A stretch of 32,000 bases of DNA from an uncultured Eubacteriales bacterium (GCA_964520895.1 CAZFOR010000003.1:21823-53822), one strand, 5' to 3'; counted from the first letter of the stretch, positions 6,950 through 16,855 are shown. Notes: a model not told the origin generated them from the sequence alone. Numbers and translations are program-made.

Positions 6950-7309
6950 GTGATATATATTTTTTTGAGGTTAAATTATATAGAAAGTTATGGTACTGGA
7001 ATAGAAAAAATTATAGATAGTTATAAAGAGAAAGTTTTAAAACCTAAATTTGATATAACAGAAAACAGTTTTGTTCTAACATTATTTAATACAAATAAAA
7101 CTGCAACTATTAAAAACACAAAAAGTAAAGATAAAGAAGAAATAATTATCGAATATATAAAAGAAAATGGTAGTATTACTAGAATAGAAGTTCAGAAAAT
7201 ACTTGGATTAGAAAAAGCTATGTCAAATAAGGTGCTGACTAATATGTGTAAAGAAAATAGGATTAAAAGAGAAGGTAATGGTAGAAGTATTAAGTATATA
7301 ATATATTAA
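6950..7309 (+). pseudogene. 3' fragment of an AlbA_2/HATPase_c_4-type ATP-binding transcriptional regulator (wHTH C-terminus only)
   Basis: FLRLNYIESYGTGIEKIIDSYKE...ITENSFVLTL...IIEYIKENGSITRIEVQKILGL...NGRSIKY matches only the last 110 or so residues of proteins that are normally about 400-480 aa. It has no plausible RBS or ATG (GTG in the track). Confidence 0.6.
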
Positions 7310-7322
7310 AGGAGAGTGCCTA

Positions 7323-8339
7323 ATGAAAAAATGTAGTTTATGTGGAAGAAAAATATCACAAGTCAATTATAATTTTGGTTTAGGGTGTTTAAAAAAATCT
7401 TGTAAATTGATAGATATAAATGCGGTTAAAAATATAAAAGGAGAAAATACATTAAATAATAGTATTTGTAAATTATGTAATAAACAAGATTTAAATAAAA
7501 AACAGAAGGAGTTATTAACTAATAGATATTTAACATATAATATACTTAATAAAGTTGAACTTGATTATTATACTTCTATGAAAGATAAAGTAAACCAAGA
7601 TATAAAGATAATTAATAAAAATACTAATAAAAAAGATTTAAAAAGCTTTGATGTGATTACACTTAAACAAGCATTTGAAATATACAGATTATATAATAAA
7701 TATAAAAAAATAAGAGATAAAAGAGAAGAAGTAGATTTTGATTTTATTCAAAATACATCTTTTGACACACTAAGATTTGCTTTTAGTACATATTATAATA
7801 GAAAAACATATCTTAATGGGGTAACAGCTGATGGACAATATATTGTGTGGGAGTTGGGAATAATATATTTGAAGTCTACGTCAAAAAAGTGTTCAGCAAC
7901 TCTTTTAAAACACTCATTACAAGAAAGTCCAGATGATTTACTAATAGAAAGTGGAGAATTTATAACTAAGATAAAAAAGGATATATATTTTAAGAAAAAA
8001 ATAAATGAAATAATAGAAAAGAATAAAGAACAAGATTATTTAAATGAAACTGGCTATATAGATTTTAATATTGGAGATTTGTTTTTTGCCTTACATAGTG
8101 CAAAAATAAATATTAAAGGAAATAAAGTTAATAACATATGGAAACTTAATATAATAATAACAGATAGATATGATTTTACAGATTTCAAAAAACTAAGTGA
8201 ATATATGGATAGCAATATATTTAAATCAATTTTTACGAGTACAATTAATAATATGGCAATGATATCTACAAGTTCTAATGTTATAAATGAGTATAATGTT
8301 ACAATAAAATTTTCAATAGATTGGAGTGATAATCTATGA
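7323..8339 (+). CDS. Hypothetical 338-aa protein with an N-terminal Cys-pair (zinc-ribbon-like) region
   Basis: RBS AAGGAGAG. Cysteine pairs are C4-x2-C7, C22-x4-C27 and C49-x2-C52. There is no signal peptide. I do not recognise the C-terminal domain (…GDLFFALHSAKINIKG…ITDRYDF…). Confidence 0.7.
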   Translation: MKKCSLCGRKISQVNYNFGLGCLKKSCKLIDINAVKNIKGENTLNNSICKLCNKQDLNKKQKELLTNRYLTYNILNKVELDYYTSMKDKVNQDIKIINKNTNKKDLKSFDVITLKQAFEIYRLYNKYKKIRDKREEVDFDFIQNTSFDTLRFAFSTYYNRKTYLNGVTADGQYIVWELGIIYLKSTSKKCSATLLKHSLQESPDDLLIESGEFITKIKKDIYFKKKINEIIEKNKEQDYLNETGYIDFNIGDLFFALHSAKINIKGNKVNNIWKLNIIITDRYDFTDFKKLSEYMDSNIFKSIFTSTINNMAMISTSSNVINEYNVTIKFSIDWSDNL

Positions 8340-8692
8340 AGAAAAATGTAATTAAATTAATCAAAATATTATCTATATACTTATTATCTTTATTAATATT
8401 TGTAATAATAGCAAATACGAGAGGTGATGAATTCATACAATATATAGTAAATACAAGTGAACCTCAATCATATGATACTGACACAATAAATCCACTTTGG
8501 TGTTTTGGACCAATTGTACATGCAGGAGTTATTCATTTTATTTTAGGAGTAATACTAGCTATATATGCTAAGGTTAGTAAGGAATTTGATAATTTAACAA
8601 AATCAATTATATACATATTTCCTATATTAACTTTTTTTCTTACTATACCTATTGGAGTACTAATTTTATATATTGTTTCAATATTTCAGTAG
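8336..8692 (+). CDS. Small integral membrane protein (118 aa, about 3 TM)
   Basis: Its start overlaps the upstream stop (ATGA), which implies translational coupling. Hydrophobic segments are IYLLSLLIFVIIA, VIHFILGVILAIYA and IFPILTFFLTIPIGVLILYIV. Confidence 0.7.
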   Translation: MKKNVIKLIKILSIYLLSLLIFVIIANTRGDEFIQYIVNTSEPQSYDTDTINPLWCFGPIVHAGVIHFILGVILAIYAKVSKEFDNLTKSIIYIFPILTFFLTIPIGVLILYIVSIFQ

Positions 8693-8739
8693 AAATATTA
8701 TGGTAGCAAAATTGTAGCAAAATGACAAAAAATGGTAAC

Positions 8740-8865
<126 letters not shown>

Positions 8866-8872
8866 GTTTTAT

Positions 8873-8947
8873 TGGTGACCCGTAGCAGATTCGAACTGCT
8901 GTCGCCGCCGTGAAAGGGCAGTGTCTTAACCACTTGACCAACGGGCC
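8873..8947 (-). tRNA. tRNA-Glu (anticodon UUC)
   Basis: The reverse complement is GGCCCGTTGGTCAAGTGGTTAAGACACTGCCCTTTCACGGCGGCGACAGCAGTTCGAATCTGCTACGGGTCACCA. The anticodon loop is CTTTCAC. It closely resembles the Bacillus tRNA-Glu as I remember it. Confidence 0.9.
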
Positions 8948-8952
8948 TAATA

Positions 8953-9028
8953 TGGTGAGCCATCGCAGATTCGAACTGCGGACAACTTGATTAAAAGTCA
9001 AGTGCTCTACCGACTGAGCTAATGGCCC
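8953..9028 (-). tRNA. tRNA-Lys (anticodon UUU)
   Basis: The reverse complement is GGGCCATTAGCTCAGTCGGTAGAGCACTTGACTTTTAATCAAGTTGTCCGCAGTTCGAATCTGCGATGGCTCACCA. The anticodon arm is CTTGA-CTTTTAA-TCAAG. Confidence 0.9.
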
Positions 9029-9046
9029 ATTAGCTAACGCTCCTAT

Positions 9047-9075
9047 ATCTTACAATATTTTTTAAGAGTTGTCAA
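9047..9075 (-). promoter_or_regulatory. Sigma-A promoter of the tRNA-Lys/Glu/Thr operon
   Basis: The minus strand reads TTGACA-17 nt-TAAGAT and ends about 19 nt upstream of the tRNA-Lys 5' end. Confidence 0.55.
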
Positions 9076-9258
9076 CACTTTTTTAAAAATTTTTTAGATT
9101 ATTTAGATTTTTTTTATACATATTTTATTTTTATACAATATTCAACAATTTTTTATGTCATATTATATAGTTTTACCCAAAAATATAGGTATTATTCTTG
9201 TATTTTTATCTAAAATGTAGTATATTTCATTTAGATGTAATTTGGAAGGAAGATTGTT

Positions 9259-12200
9259 ATGGGAGACATCATAAAATATAATTTAACAAATCAACAAAAA
9301 GCTTTATATAACATAGATAAAGTGTATAAAAATAGTAAAATAAACAATATATCTTTTTGGTTAGAAATAAACCATGTAATAAATTTTGAACTATTAACAA
9401 AAGCGATAAATGTTATTGTAGAAAAAAATGATAATTTTAGATTTCAATTTGTAGAAGAAAACGGAGAAATATATCAATATGCAAGAGAGTATACATATCA
9501 AAACTTTGAAATTTTAGATGTTGCAAACTCAAAAGAATTAGAACAGAAAATAAAAGAATATACATTTGATTTAGAAAATGATAATTTATGTGTATTTACA
9601 TTATTTAGATATCCAGATGGTAAAGGCGGTATTGTTGCTTCAGCACATCATCAACTTGGTGATGCGTGGACAATGGGAATATTTATAAATGAAGTATTAG
9701 ATATTTATCATAAATTGTTAATTAATGAAGATGTATCAGATTTAACATATCCTTCATATTTAGAATATGTTAATACACAAAATGAATATATTCAATCTGA
9801 AAAATATATAAAAGATAAAGAATATTGGGAAGAAGTTTTTTCAAATAATATAGAAAAGCTGTCATTTAAAGAAGAGAGTTTTGATATTAATGCAATTAGA
9901 GAAGAATATGAAATTAACGAAGAAATATTAAAAGATATTAGAAGTTTTTGTACTGAAAATAAAATTTCTGAGTATGTATTTTTTCTATCAGTCTTTTGCA
10001 TATATTTAGGCAAGTTAAAAGGATTAAACAATTTTGTAATAGGTAATCCAATATTAAATAGATCTAATTTTAGAGAAAAATGTACATCAGGGTTATTTAT
10101 GTCTACAATGCCATTTGTAGTTAATATAGATGATGAATTAAACTTTATAGATTATGCAAAAAACATAGCATCTGGGCAAATGAAAATGTATAAACATTTG
10201 AAATATCCAGATTATGAAATAACAAAATATTTTAATCAAAAAAACAATACACATGGACCAATTTATGATTTCGTTTTTTCATATCAAAATGCAAAAACAG
10301 ATAAAGATACTGTAATGTTTGAAACAAAGACTAGATGGATGGAAGCAGGCCAGCAACTAAATTCATTAATGATACACTTTAAAGATACAGAAGATACAGG
10401 AAGACCAATTTTAATTTATGATTATTTATCAGAAATTTTTACTGGGCAAGATATTGATATTTTAAATAAAAGAATAATGGAAATATGTAAACAAGTATTA
10501 ACTAATATACAATTAGCTGATATAGAGATTATAACAAGTGAAGAAAAACAATATTTGGTAAATAATTGTAATAATACATATTTTGAATATGATAGAAATA
10601 GCACGATTGTGAGTAGGTTAGAAAAGACAATTAGTGAGACAAACAATGAAATAGCATTAATATATGGTAATGAAAAATTATCATATAGTGATTTAAATAA
10701 ACAGGCAAATAAACTAGCTAGGTATATGCAAAAATTAGGTGTAAAACAAAATGACATTATACCTATTATTGATAGTCGTAGTATTGATATGATAATTGGT
10801 ATGTTTGCAATTATGAAATTAGGGTGTGCATATTTACCAATTGATATAGAGTATCCAAAAGATAGAATTGAATATATTATATCAGATGCAAGTGCCAAAT
10901 TAGTTTTAACTAAAAAAGAGTATAAAGATAGATTTGAAACTAGTGGTAAAAAAATATTTATAGATACAAATGAATATGAAGATGAGCAAGATACAAATTT
11001 AAATACTAATATTTTACCTGATGATTTAGCGTATTTAATATATACATCAGGTTCTACAGGTAAGCCAAAAGGTGTAATGTTATCACATAGAAATGTTGTT
11101 AATTTTACTCAAGGTACTAGTAATATTATTTGTTTTAAAAATAAAACAATTGTATCTGTAACAACAATTTCTTTTGATATATTTGTTTTAGAATCATGGC
11201 TAAGTTTAATAAAAGGTGCAAAAGTGGTTATTGCAAATGAAAATGAGCAAAATATTTCACATAATTTAAATAAACTATGTTTAGAAAATAATGTTCAAAT
11301 GATACAAACAACACCTTCAAGAATGAAGTTATTAATTAGTGATAATGAAAATATACAGTTTATTAAAAATATGACAGATATAATGATAGGTGGAGAGGCT
11401 GTACCATATAAATTAATTGAGGATTTAAGAAAAATTACTAATGCACGAATTTTTAATATGTATGGACCAACTGAAACTTGTGTATGGTCAACAATAAAGG
11501 AATTAACAAATGATAATATTGTTACAATAGGTAAGCCTATTGCAAATACAACTGTGTATGTATTAAATAAAAATAAAAGATTATGTCCAATTGGAGTTGC
11601 AGGTGATTTGTATATTGGTGGAGATGGTGTATGCAAAGGATATTACAAAAAACAAGAATTAACAAATGAGAAGTTTATCAAAAACATATATAATAAAGAT
11701 GAAATTATTTATGAAACAGGTGATATTGCAAAATGGGATAATAATGGTAACTTAATCTGTTTAGGAAGAAATGATTTTCAAATTAAAATAAATGGACATA
11801 GAATTGAAATAGAAGAAGTTGAAAACACTATATTTAAATATGGAGATATAACAGAGGTAGCTGTTGTATCAATAAATAATCAAGCATTATATGGATATTA
11901 TACAAGTAATAAACCTATTGATAATACTAAATTAAGAGTATTTGTGGCAGAGAAGCTACCAACATATATGGTACCAACGAAATTTATACAAATAGATGAT
12001 ATGCCAAAAACACCAAATGGTAAAATAGACAGGAAAAAAATTATTGCATTTAGTAATAATACTCAGTGTGAGCAAGAAGAAATAATTGAGCCAAGAAACG
12101 AAATAGAAGACATATTATTTAAAGCATTTACTCAAATAATAGATAAGAAAATTAGTATAGATAAACCATTTTTTGATTATGGATTTGATTCATTATCAAT

Positions 12201-13524
12201 TATAAAAGTGCAAACATTATTATTAAAAAATAAATGGAATATTACTTTACAAGATTTTTATAAATATCCTACAATTGAACAATTAGCAAAACATATTTTA
12301 AATAAATATGAAAATGGTTCTAAGTACGATAATGAATATGAGGATTTACCAACAATTAGGGAAAATATAAATAATATTTATATAAGTGGTAATAAAAATA
12401 ATTACAAAAATATTTTACTTACCGGTTGTACAGGTTTTATAGGGATACATGTATTACAAGAACTTCTATTAAATACTGATGCAAATATTTATTGTATTAT
12501 TAGAAGTAAAAACGACCTAAGTCCTATTTACAGATTAGAGGAAAAATTAGATTTTTACTTTAATGGTAAATATAAAGAATTTATTGGGAATAGAATTATT
12601 GTTATTGAAACAGATATTACAAAAGATGTTAATATACAAGATAAAATACAAGATATTGATTTAGTAATACATTCAGCAGCACTTGTAAAACATTATGGTG
12701 ATGTTGAGTTATTTAAAAAGGTTAATATACAAGGTACACAAAATATAATAAATATATGTAAAAAATACAATAGTGTTTTGTGTTATTTATCATCACTTAG
12801 TGTATCAGGAAATTATTTAGTTAAACAAGATAATAGGGATAAAGAATTTACTGAAGATAATTTATATATTGGACAAAGATATCAAGACAATGTCTATGTA
12901 TATAGTAAATTCGAGTGTGAAAAACTTATATATAATGAAATTAAAAATGGATTAAAAGCATCAGTATATAGAATTGGTATAGTATCAGGTAGAGCTACTG
13001 ATGGTTTAATGCAACAAAATATATCTGAAAATGCTTTTTATAACAGGATTAAAGCAATTGTTGATTTAAAAAATATATCACAAAATATGTTTGATCAAAG
13101 TGTAGAGTTTACACCAGTTGACTTGTTAGCACAAGCATTAGTTAAATTAGTTCAAATACCAGAAAGTATTAATAAGGTATATCATTTGTATAATGATGAA
13201 TTGTTTAGCATTAAAGATGTTTTACAAGCATTAAGTTTATTAGATATTAATATTAATGTACTTTCTAGCAAAGAGTTTGATGGATTAATTAAACAAATAT
13301 CATCAAATATTAATGAAAATAGCAAACTTGGGGGAGTTATTAATGATTTCTATAATACAGATGAAGGTATTGGATTAAATTATGATTTCACTATTAATAT
13401 AAGAGCTGATAAGACGAAGAAATACTTAGAAAAATTAGGCTTTAAATGGATTAATAGTAAGTTTGAGAAAGAGATTTATTTAAGAAAGATATTTAGATAT
13501 ATGAGAAATGTAAATTATATATAA
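9259..13524 (+). CDS. Single-module non-ribosomal peptide synthetase, C-A-T-R (terminal thioester reductase)
   Basis: C domain: HHQLGDA at aa 130-136. A domain: LAYLIYTSGSTGKPKGV, FDIFVLE, NMYGPTE, GDLYIGGDGVCKGY and PKTPNGKIDRKK. T domain: FFDYGFDSLS. R domain: LLTGCTGFIG (Rossmann) and YVYSK (YxxxK). 1421 aa. Confidence 0.95.
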   Translation: MGDIIKYNLTNQQKALYNIDKVYKNSKINNISFWLEINHVINFELLTKAINVIVEKNDNFRFQFVEENGEIYQYAREYTYQNFEILDVANSKELEQKIKEYTFDLENDNLCVFTLFRYPDGKGGIVASAHHQLGDAWTMGIFINEVLDIYHKLLINEDVSDLTYPSYLEYVNTQNEYIQSEKYIKDKEYWEEVFSNNIEKLSFKEESFDINAIREEYEINEEILKDIRSFCTENKISEYVFFLSVFCIYLGKLKGLNNFVIGNPILNRSNFREKCTSGLFMSTMPFVVNIDDELNFIDYAKNIASGQMKMYKHLKYPDYEITKYFNQKNNTHGPIYDFVFSYQNAKTDKDTVMFETKTRWMEAGQQLNSLMIHFKDTEDTGRPILIYDYLSEIFTGQDIDILNKRIMEICKQVLTNIQLADIEIITSEEKQYLVNNCNNTYFEYDRNSTIVSRLEKTISETNNEIALIYGNEKLSYSDLNKQANKLARYMQKLGVKQNDIIPIIDSRSIDMIIGMFAIMKLGCAYLPIDIEYPKDRIEYIISDASAKLVLTKKEYKDRFETSGKKIFIDTNEYEDEQDTNLNTNILPDDLAYLIYTSGSTGKPKGVMLSHRNVVNFTQGTSNIICFKNKTIVSVTTISFDIFVLESWLSLIKGAKVVIANENEQNISHNLNKLCLENNVQMIQTTPSRMKLLISDNENIQFIKNMTDIMIGGEAVPYKLIEDLRKITNARIFNMYGPTETCVWSTIKELTNDNIVTIGKPIANTTVYVLNKNKRLCPIGVAGDLYIGGDGVCKGYYKKQELTNEKFIKNIYNKDEIIYETGDIAKWDNNGNLICLGRNDFQIKINGHRIEIEEVENTIFKYGDITEVAVVSINNQALYGYYTSNKPIDNTKLRVFVAEKLPTYMVPTKFIQIDDMPKTPNGKIDRKKIIAFSNNTQCEQEEIIEPRNEIEDILFKAFTQIIDKKISIDKPFFDYGFDSLSIIKVQTLLLKNKWNITLQDFYKYPTIEQLAKHILNKYENGSKYDNEYEDLPTIRENINNIYISGNKNNYKNILLTGCTGFIGIHVLQELLLNTDANIYCIIRSKNDLSPIYRLEEKLDFYFNGKYKEFIGNRIIVIETDITKDVNIQDKIQDIDLVIHSAALVKHYGDVELFKKVNIQGTQNIINICKKYNSVLCYLSSLSVSGNYLVKQDNRDKEFTEDNLYIGQRYQDNVYVYSKFECEKLIYNEIKNGLKASVYRIGIVSGRATDGLMQQNISENAFYNRIKAIVDLKNISQNMFDQSVEFTPVDLLAQALVKLVQIPESINKVYHLYNDELFSIKDVLQALSLLDININVLSSKEFDGLIKQISSNINENSKLGGVINDFYNTDEGIGLNYDFTINIRADKTKKYLEKLGFKWINSKFEKEIYLRKIFRYMRNVNYI

Positions 13525-13535
13525 GGAGATGAATT

Positions 13536-15563
13536 ATGTTGAATTTTTTAAAGAAACATAAATATAGTATAAGGGTATTATTTGATTATAATTTAATTAT
13601 AATATTAGTGGTATTAGCACTATATTTTACAGTTCCAACAATTATGAATTATTTGCCAGAAACAATTAATACACAGTTTGATGTAATGATGTCATTTATT
13701 TCATATAGACAACAGTATTTAATAATAATGATGCTTTTCTTAATAATTACAAATCCAATATTATTAATTTTATTAAAGAGTATATTTAAACTGGAAAATG
13801 AAATATCTACAAATGATGATTGGAAAGAAAATAAAGAGTTAATAAGTAAAGTAAGGAAAGATTGTTACAAAATACCATATACTATATTTTTAATTCAGCT
13901 TTCTATTGCAGTAATAGTAGTACTTGGAATATTAGTAACAACAGGTAGTCATGATTGGTTAATGATAATTAAAGTATCACTATTAGTATTAACATTTGAT
14001 GTTTTAGCAACAGTTATGTCATTTATTCTTTCAAAAAGGGTGTTTACAAAAATATTAGTAACGCTGCCATATGATGAAAATAATAAATGGTTTAGAATAT
14101 CATTAAAAAGTAAAATGTTAATGTTGATATTACCTATGTTATTAATGGCACTACTTTTTACATCATTAGTTGGATATACTAGAATATCATATGAAAAAGG
14201 TAATATATTACATGATGCATATGAAAAGTTTTTATTTGATATTTCTGAAAAATCACAAGATGGATTAACAGATGAGCAAATAAATAATGAATTAAATAAT
14301 ATTGAATTTATTAATAAAAATCATAATAGAGTTATTATTTATGAAGATGAAACATATAAAAGTATAGATGATAAAGGAGTAACAGATTTTATTATAAAAT
14401 ATACATTACAGATTTCAAACAAATATGATGGGAAAATAATGGATAGTTATGGTAAAGACATACAAGGTGTGATGAAAAGAGTATATAACGTTGATAAGCA
14501 GCAATATTGTTATATAGGTGTAATATATGACTTGTCATCACCAGGTGCATTAGCATTTTTGCTAGTGTCATCAATGTTGTTCTTTATACTAAACTTTATT
14601 GTATTAAGAAGTGTATCAAATGAAATTACAAATGGTGTAACAATGTCATTAGAAAGACTTCAAGAAATATCTGAAAATAGAAATGATTATACAAAAAGTA
14701 AACATAGTTTAAAAGTTATATCAAATGATGAAATGGGTGAACTTGCAATTGTATTTAATAAGATTCAGGAATTAACTAATGAATATATTAATGAGATACA
14801 TGATGGTCAAGAAACACTTATGGAAAAAGATAGACTTGCATCACTTGGACAGTTGATGGGAGGTATAGCACATAACTTAAAAACACCTATTATGTCAATA
14901 TCAGGTAATCTGCAAGGACTTCAAGATTTGATTACAGAATATAATGTATCTGTTGGTGATCCAGAAGTAACAACTGATGACCATAAAGCAATTGCAAATG
15001 ATATGCAAGAATTGGTAGATAAAACTAGAATTCATTTATCATATATGTCAGATGTAATTACAGCTGTTAAAGGTCAAGCAGTTCAATTAGACTCATCTGA
15101 AACACAGATATTTGGGGCATTAGAAGTTGCAAGTAGAATTGAGATATTAATGAAACATGAGCTTAAAAGTGCATTAGTTGAAATGAAAGTAAATGTTGAA
15201 GAAGAGGCAAAAACAGGATATATCAAAGGTGATATAAATAGTTTAGTTCAAGTATTAAATAACTTAGTTCAAAATGCTATATATGCAAGTAAAGATGCTG
15301 AAAATAAAGTTATATATTTTGATATAAGCAAACAAGATAATAAAATATGTTTTAAAGTTCAAGATAATGGTTGTGGTATACCACAAAATATACAAGAAAA
15401 ATTATTTAAAGAAATGGTTACTACAAAGGGTAAAAACGGAACAGGCTTAGGGTTATATATGTCATATTCAACAATTAGAGGAAAGTTTAATGGTACATTT
15501 GAATTTGAATCAAAAGAAGGAGAAGGTACAACATTCTATATTAAAATACCTGTAAGTCAGTAA
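13536..15563 (+). CDS. Multi-TM sensor histidine kinase (orphan)
   Basis: RBS AAGGAG overlaps the NRPS stop. There are about 6 N-terminal TM helices plus an extracytoplasmic segment and a HAMP-like linker. The H-box is GGIAHNLKTPI. N, G1 and G2 boxes are NLVQNAIYAS, QDNGCGIP and GTGLGLYMS. Confidence 0.9.
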   Translation: MLNFLKKHKYSIRVLFDYNLIIILVVLALYFTVPTIMNYLPETINTQFDVMMSFISYRQQYLIIMMLFLIITNPILLILLKSIFKLENEISTNDDWKENKELISKVRKDCYKIPYTIFLIQLSIAVIVVLGILVTTGSHDWLMIIKVSLLVLTFDVLATVMSFILSKRVFTKILVTLPYDENNKWFRISLKSKMLMLILPMLLMALLFTSLVGYTRISYEKGNILHDAYEKFLFDISEKSQDGLTDEQINNELNNIEFINKNHNRVIIYEDETYKSIDDKGVTDFIIKYTLQISNKYDGKIMDSYGKDIQGVMKRVYNVDKQQYCYIGVIYDLSSPGALAFLLVSSMLFFILNFIVLRSVSNEITNGVTMSLERLQEISENRNDYTKSKHSLKVISNDEMGELAIVFNKIQELTNEYINEIHDGQETLMEKDRLASLGQLMGGIAHNLKTPIMSISGNLQGLQDLITEYNVSVGDPEVTTDDHKAIANDMQELVDKTRIHLSYMSDVITAVKGQAVQLDSSETQIFGALEVASRIEILMKHELKSALVEMKVNVEEEAKTGYIKGDINSLVQVLNNLVQNAIYASKDAENKVIYFDISKQDNKICFKVQDNGCGIPQNIQEKLFKEMVTTKGKNGTGLGLYMSYSTIRGKFNGTFEFESKEGEGTTFYIKIPVSQ

Positions 15564-15578
15564 TATATGTAGATTGAT

Positions 15579-15613
15579 AAATATGGTGGGATTAATTTTC
15601 TGCCATATTTTTT
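15579..15613 (+). terminator. Terminator after the histidine kinase
   Basis: AAATATGG...CCATATTT stem followed by TTTTTT, 16 nt after the stop. Confidence 0.6.
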
Positions 15614-15802
15614 GATTGAATTATAACATTCTCAAAAGTTATTATATAAGACATTATCATAAATTAATCATAGATTAAAGCATAAAATATAAGTTGAATA
15701 ATGACAATTATGTAAATATATAGTATAATTGTATTGATATAATTTATATATTAAATTGAAAGTAAAAAATGTTGTATATAAAAATATATAGGAGTGATAA
15801 AA

Positions 15803-16855
15803 ATGGTAGATATGAAAGTTATAAAAGGTGGAAAAGCTAATAAAAATGTTAATAAACGTTATATGGGTTCTTATAAATATAGTAAAGAGGACATTAAAGA
15901 ATTATTAAGTAATTTGGGTATTATATATAAAGAAAGCATGAAGAAACAAGAACTATTTAATTTATTATATGATACATATAATAATGGCAATATAGATAAT
16001 TTAATATATATACTTTCAAATAATGCTATAGATATGCTAAATAGAATACTAAAAGGTAATTGCAAAATAATAGTTAATTCTGATACATCATTTTATACAA
16101 TGAGTAGTATACTTGAATTAATTAGTATATTAGTTATAGAAGCTGAGATTACTGATAATATAAATGAAATGATATTTGATACTAAGCTTAATAATAATAT
16201 TAATGAAGGTATTAATAGGTTGTTTTCAGATGAGTATAAAACAAAAATTAACAAAATAAATAAACTATCACAAATTATGAAAGCAATTGTTTATGTTTAT
16301 GGTGTAATTGAATATGACGAAATGATACAAATGTTAAATAGGTTATTTAAAAATAAAGTTGATGAACATGATATTTATATGTTGATTATGCATAGTATTG
16401 ATTTTAATCAATTTATTGATTTTATAGACATAGATGATGTAGAGTATTTCTGTCAGTCTGGAGTATATAATATTGAAGAAATATTAGAGGAAAGGGAAAA
16501 AAGAAATATTACATATAAAAAATATAGTTTAAAAGAGTTAGAGATGATTATTGATGGTCAATTTAAACCATCACAAGCAGAATTAGATTTATATGAATTT
16601 TTGTGTGATATTCATGAGGAAGGACAAAATTTATTTTACTATATTAGCAATCAGATTTCGACAAATACTGATAGTAATGATATAACAGATTATATGCATA
16701 TTAAAGAATTACAGTTAAATAGAAAAGACCTAGAAAAATATCTAGATTTATACAATAATGCGTATAATCATATTGCACAATATGCATTATATGGCTATTC
16801 TCCTATTGAACTTATGGAGAAGATGAAAAATAAAGGTGTATATAAACTATATTAA
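15803..16855 (+). CDS. Hypothetical protein (about 350 aa), no recognisable catalytic motif
   Basis: Long ORF. I prefer the ATG at 15803 (AGGAG 8 nt upstream) over the track start at 15794. A SAP/Rho-N-like helix pair lies near the N-terminus (SKEDIKELLSNLGIIYKESMKKQELFNLL). Confidence 0.65.
   Translation: MVDMKVIKGGKANKNVNKRYMGSYKYSKEDIKELLSNLGIIYKESMKKQELFNLLYDTYNNGNIDNLIYILSNNAIDMLNRILKGNCKIIVNSDTSFYTMSSILELISILVIEAEITDNINEMIFDTKLNNNINEGINRLFSDEYKTKINKINKLSQIMKAIVYVYGVIEYDEMIQMLNRLFKNKVDEHDIYMLIMHSIDFNQFIDFIDIDDVEYFCQSGVYNIEEILEEREKRNITYKKYSLKELEMIIDGQFKPSQAELDLYEFLCDIHEEGQNLFYYISNQISTNTDSNDITDYMHIKELQLNRKDLEKYLDLYNNAYNHIAQYALYGYSPIELMEKMKNKGVYKLY

Larger units (their letters stand above)
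6693..8739. mobile_element. Integrase-less islet bounded by tRNA-Thr-derived direct repeats (probable decayed integrative element)
   Basis: This 2,047-bp segment lies between the two repeat copies. It holds an 11-bp tandem array, a 5'-truncated gene and a two-gene module. I see no recombinase ORF on either strand. Confidence 0.5.

Noticed and set aside
9792-11636. Three minus-strand ORFs (79, 158 and 113 aa) inside the NRPS gene.
   Set aside because: They are embedded in a 4.3-kb ORF with a complete, ordered set of NRPS motifs. In AT-rich DNA with few stop codons on the antisense frame, they are shadows.
13536-15563. Histidine kinase as part of an agr-like peptide quorum-sensing locus.
   Set aside because: There is no AgrB-like protease, AgrD-like peptide or LytTR regulator nearby. 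The H-box is a generic HisKA type rather than the HPK10 type, as far as I can judge by eye.
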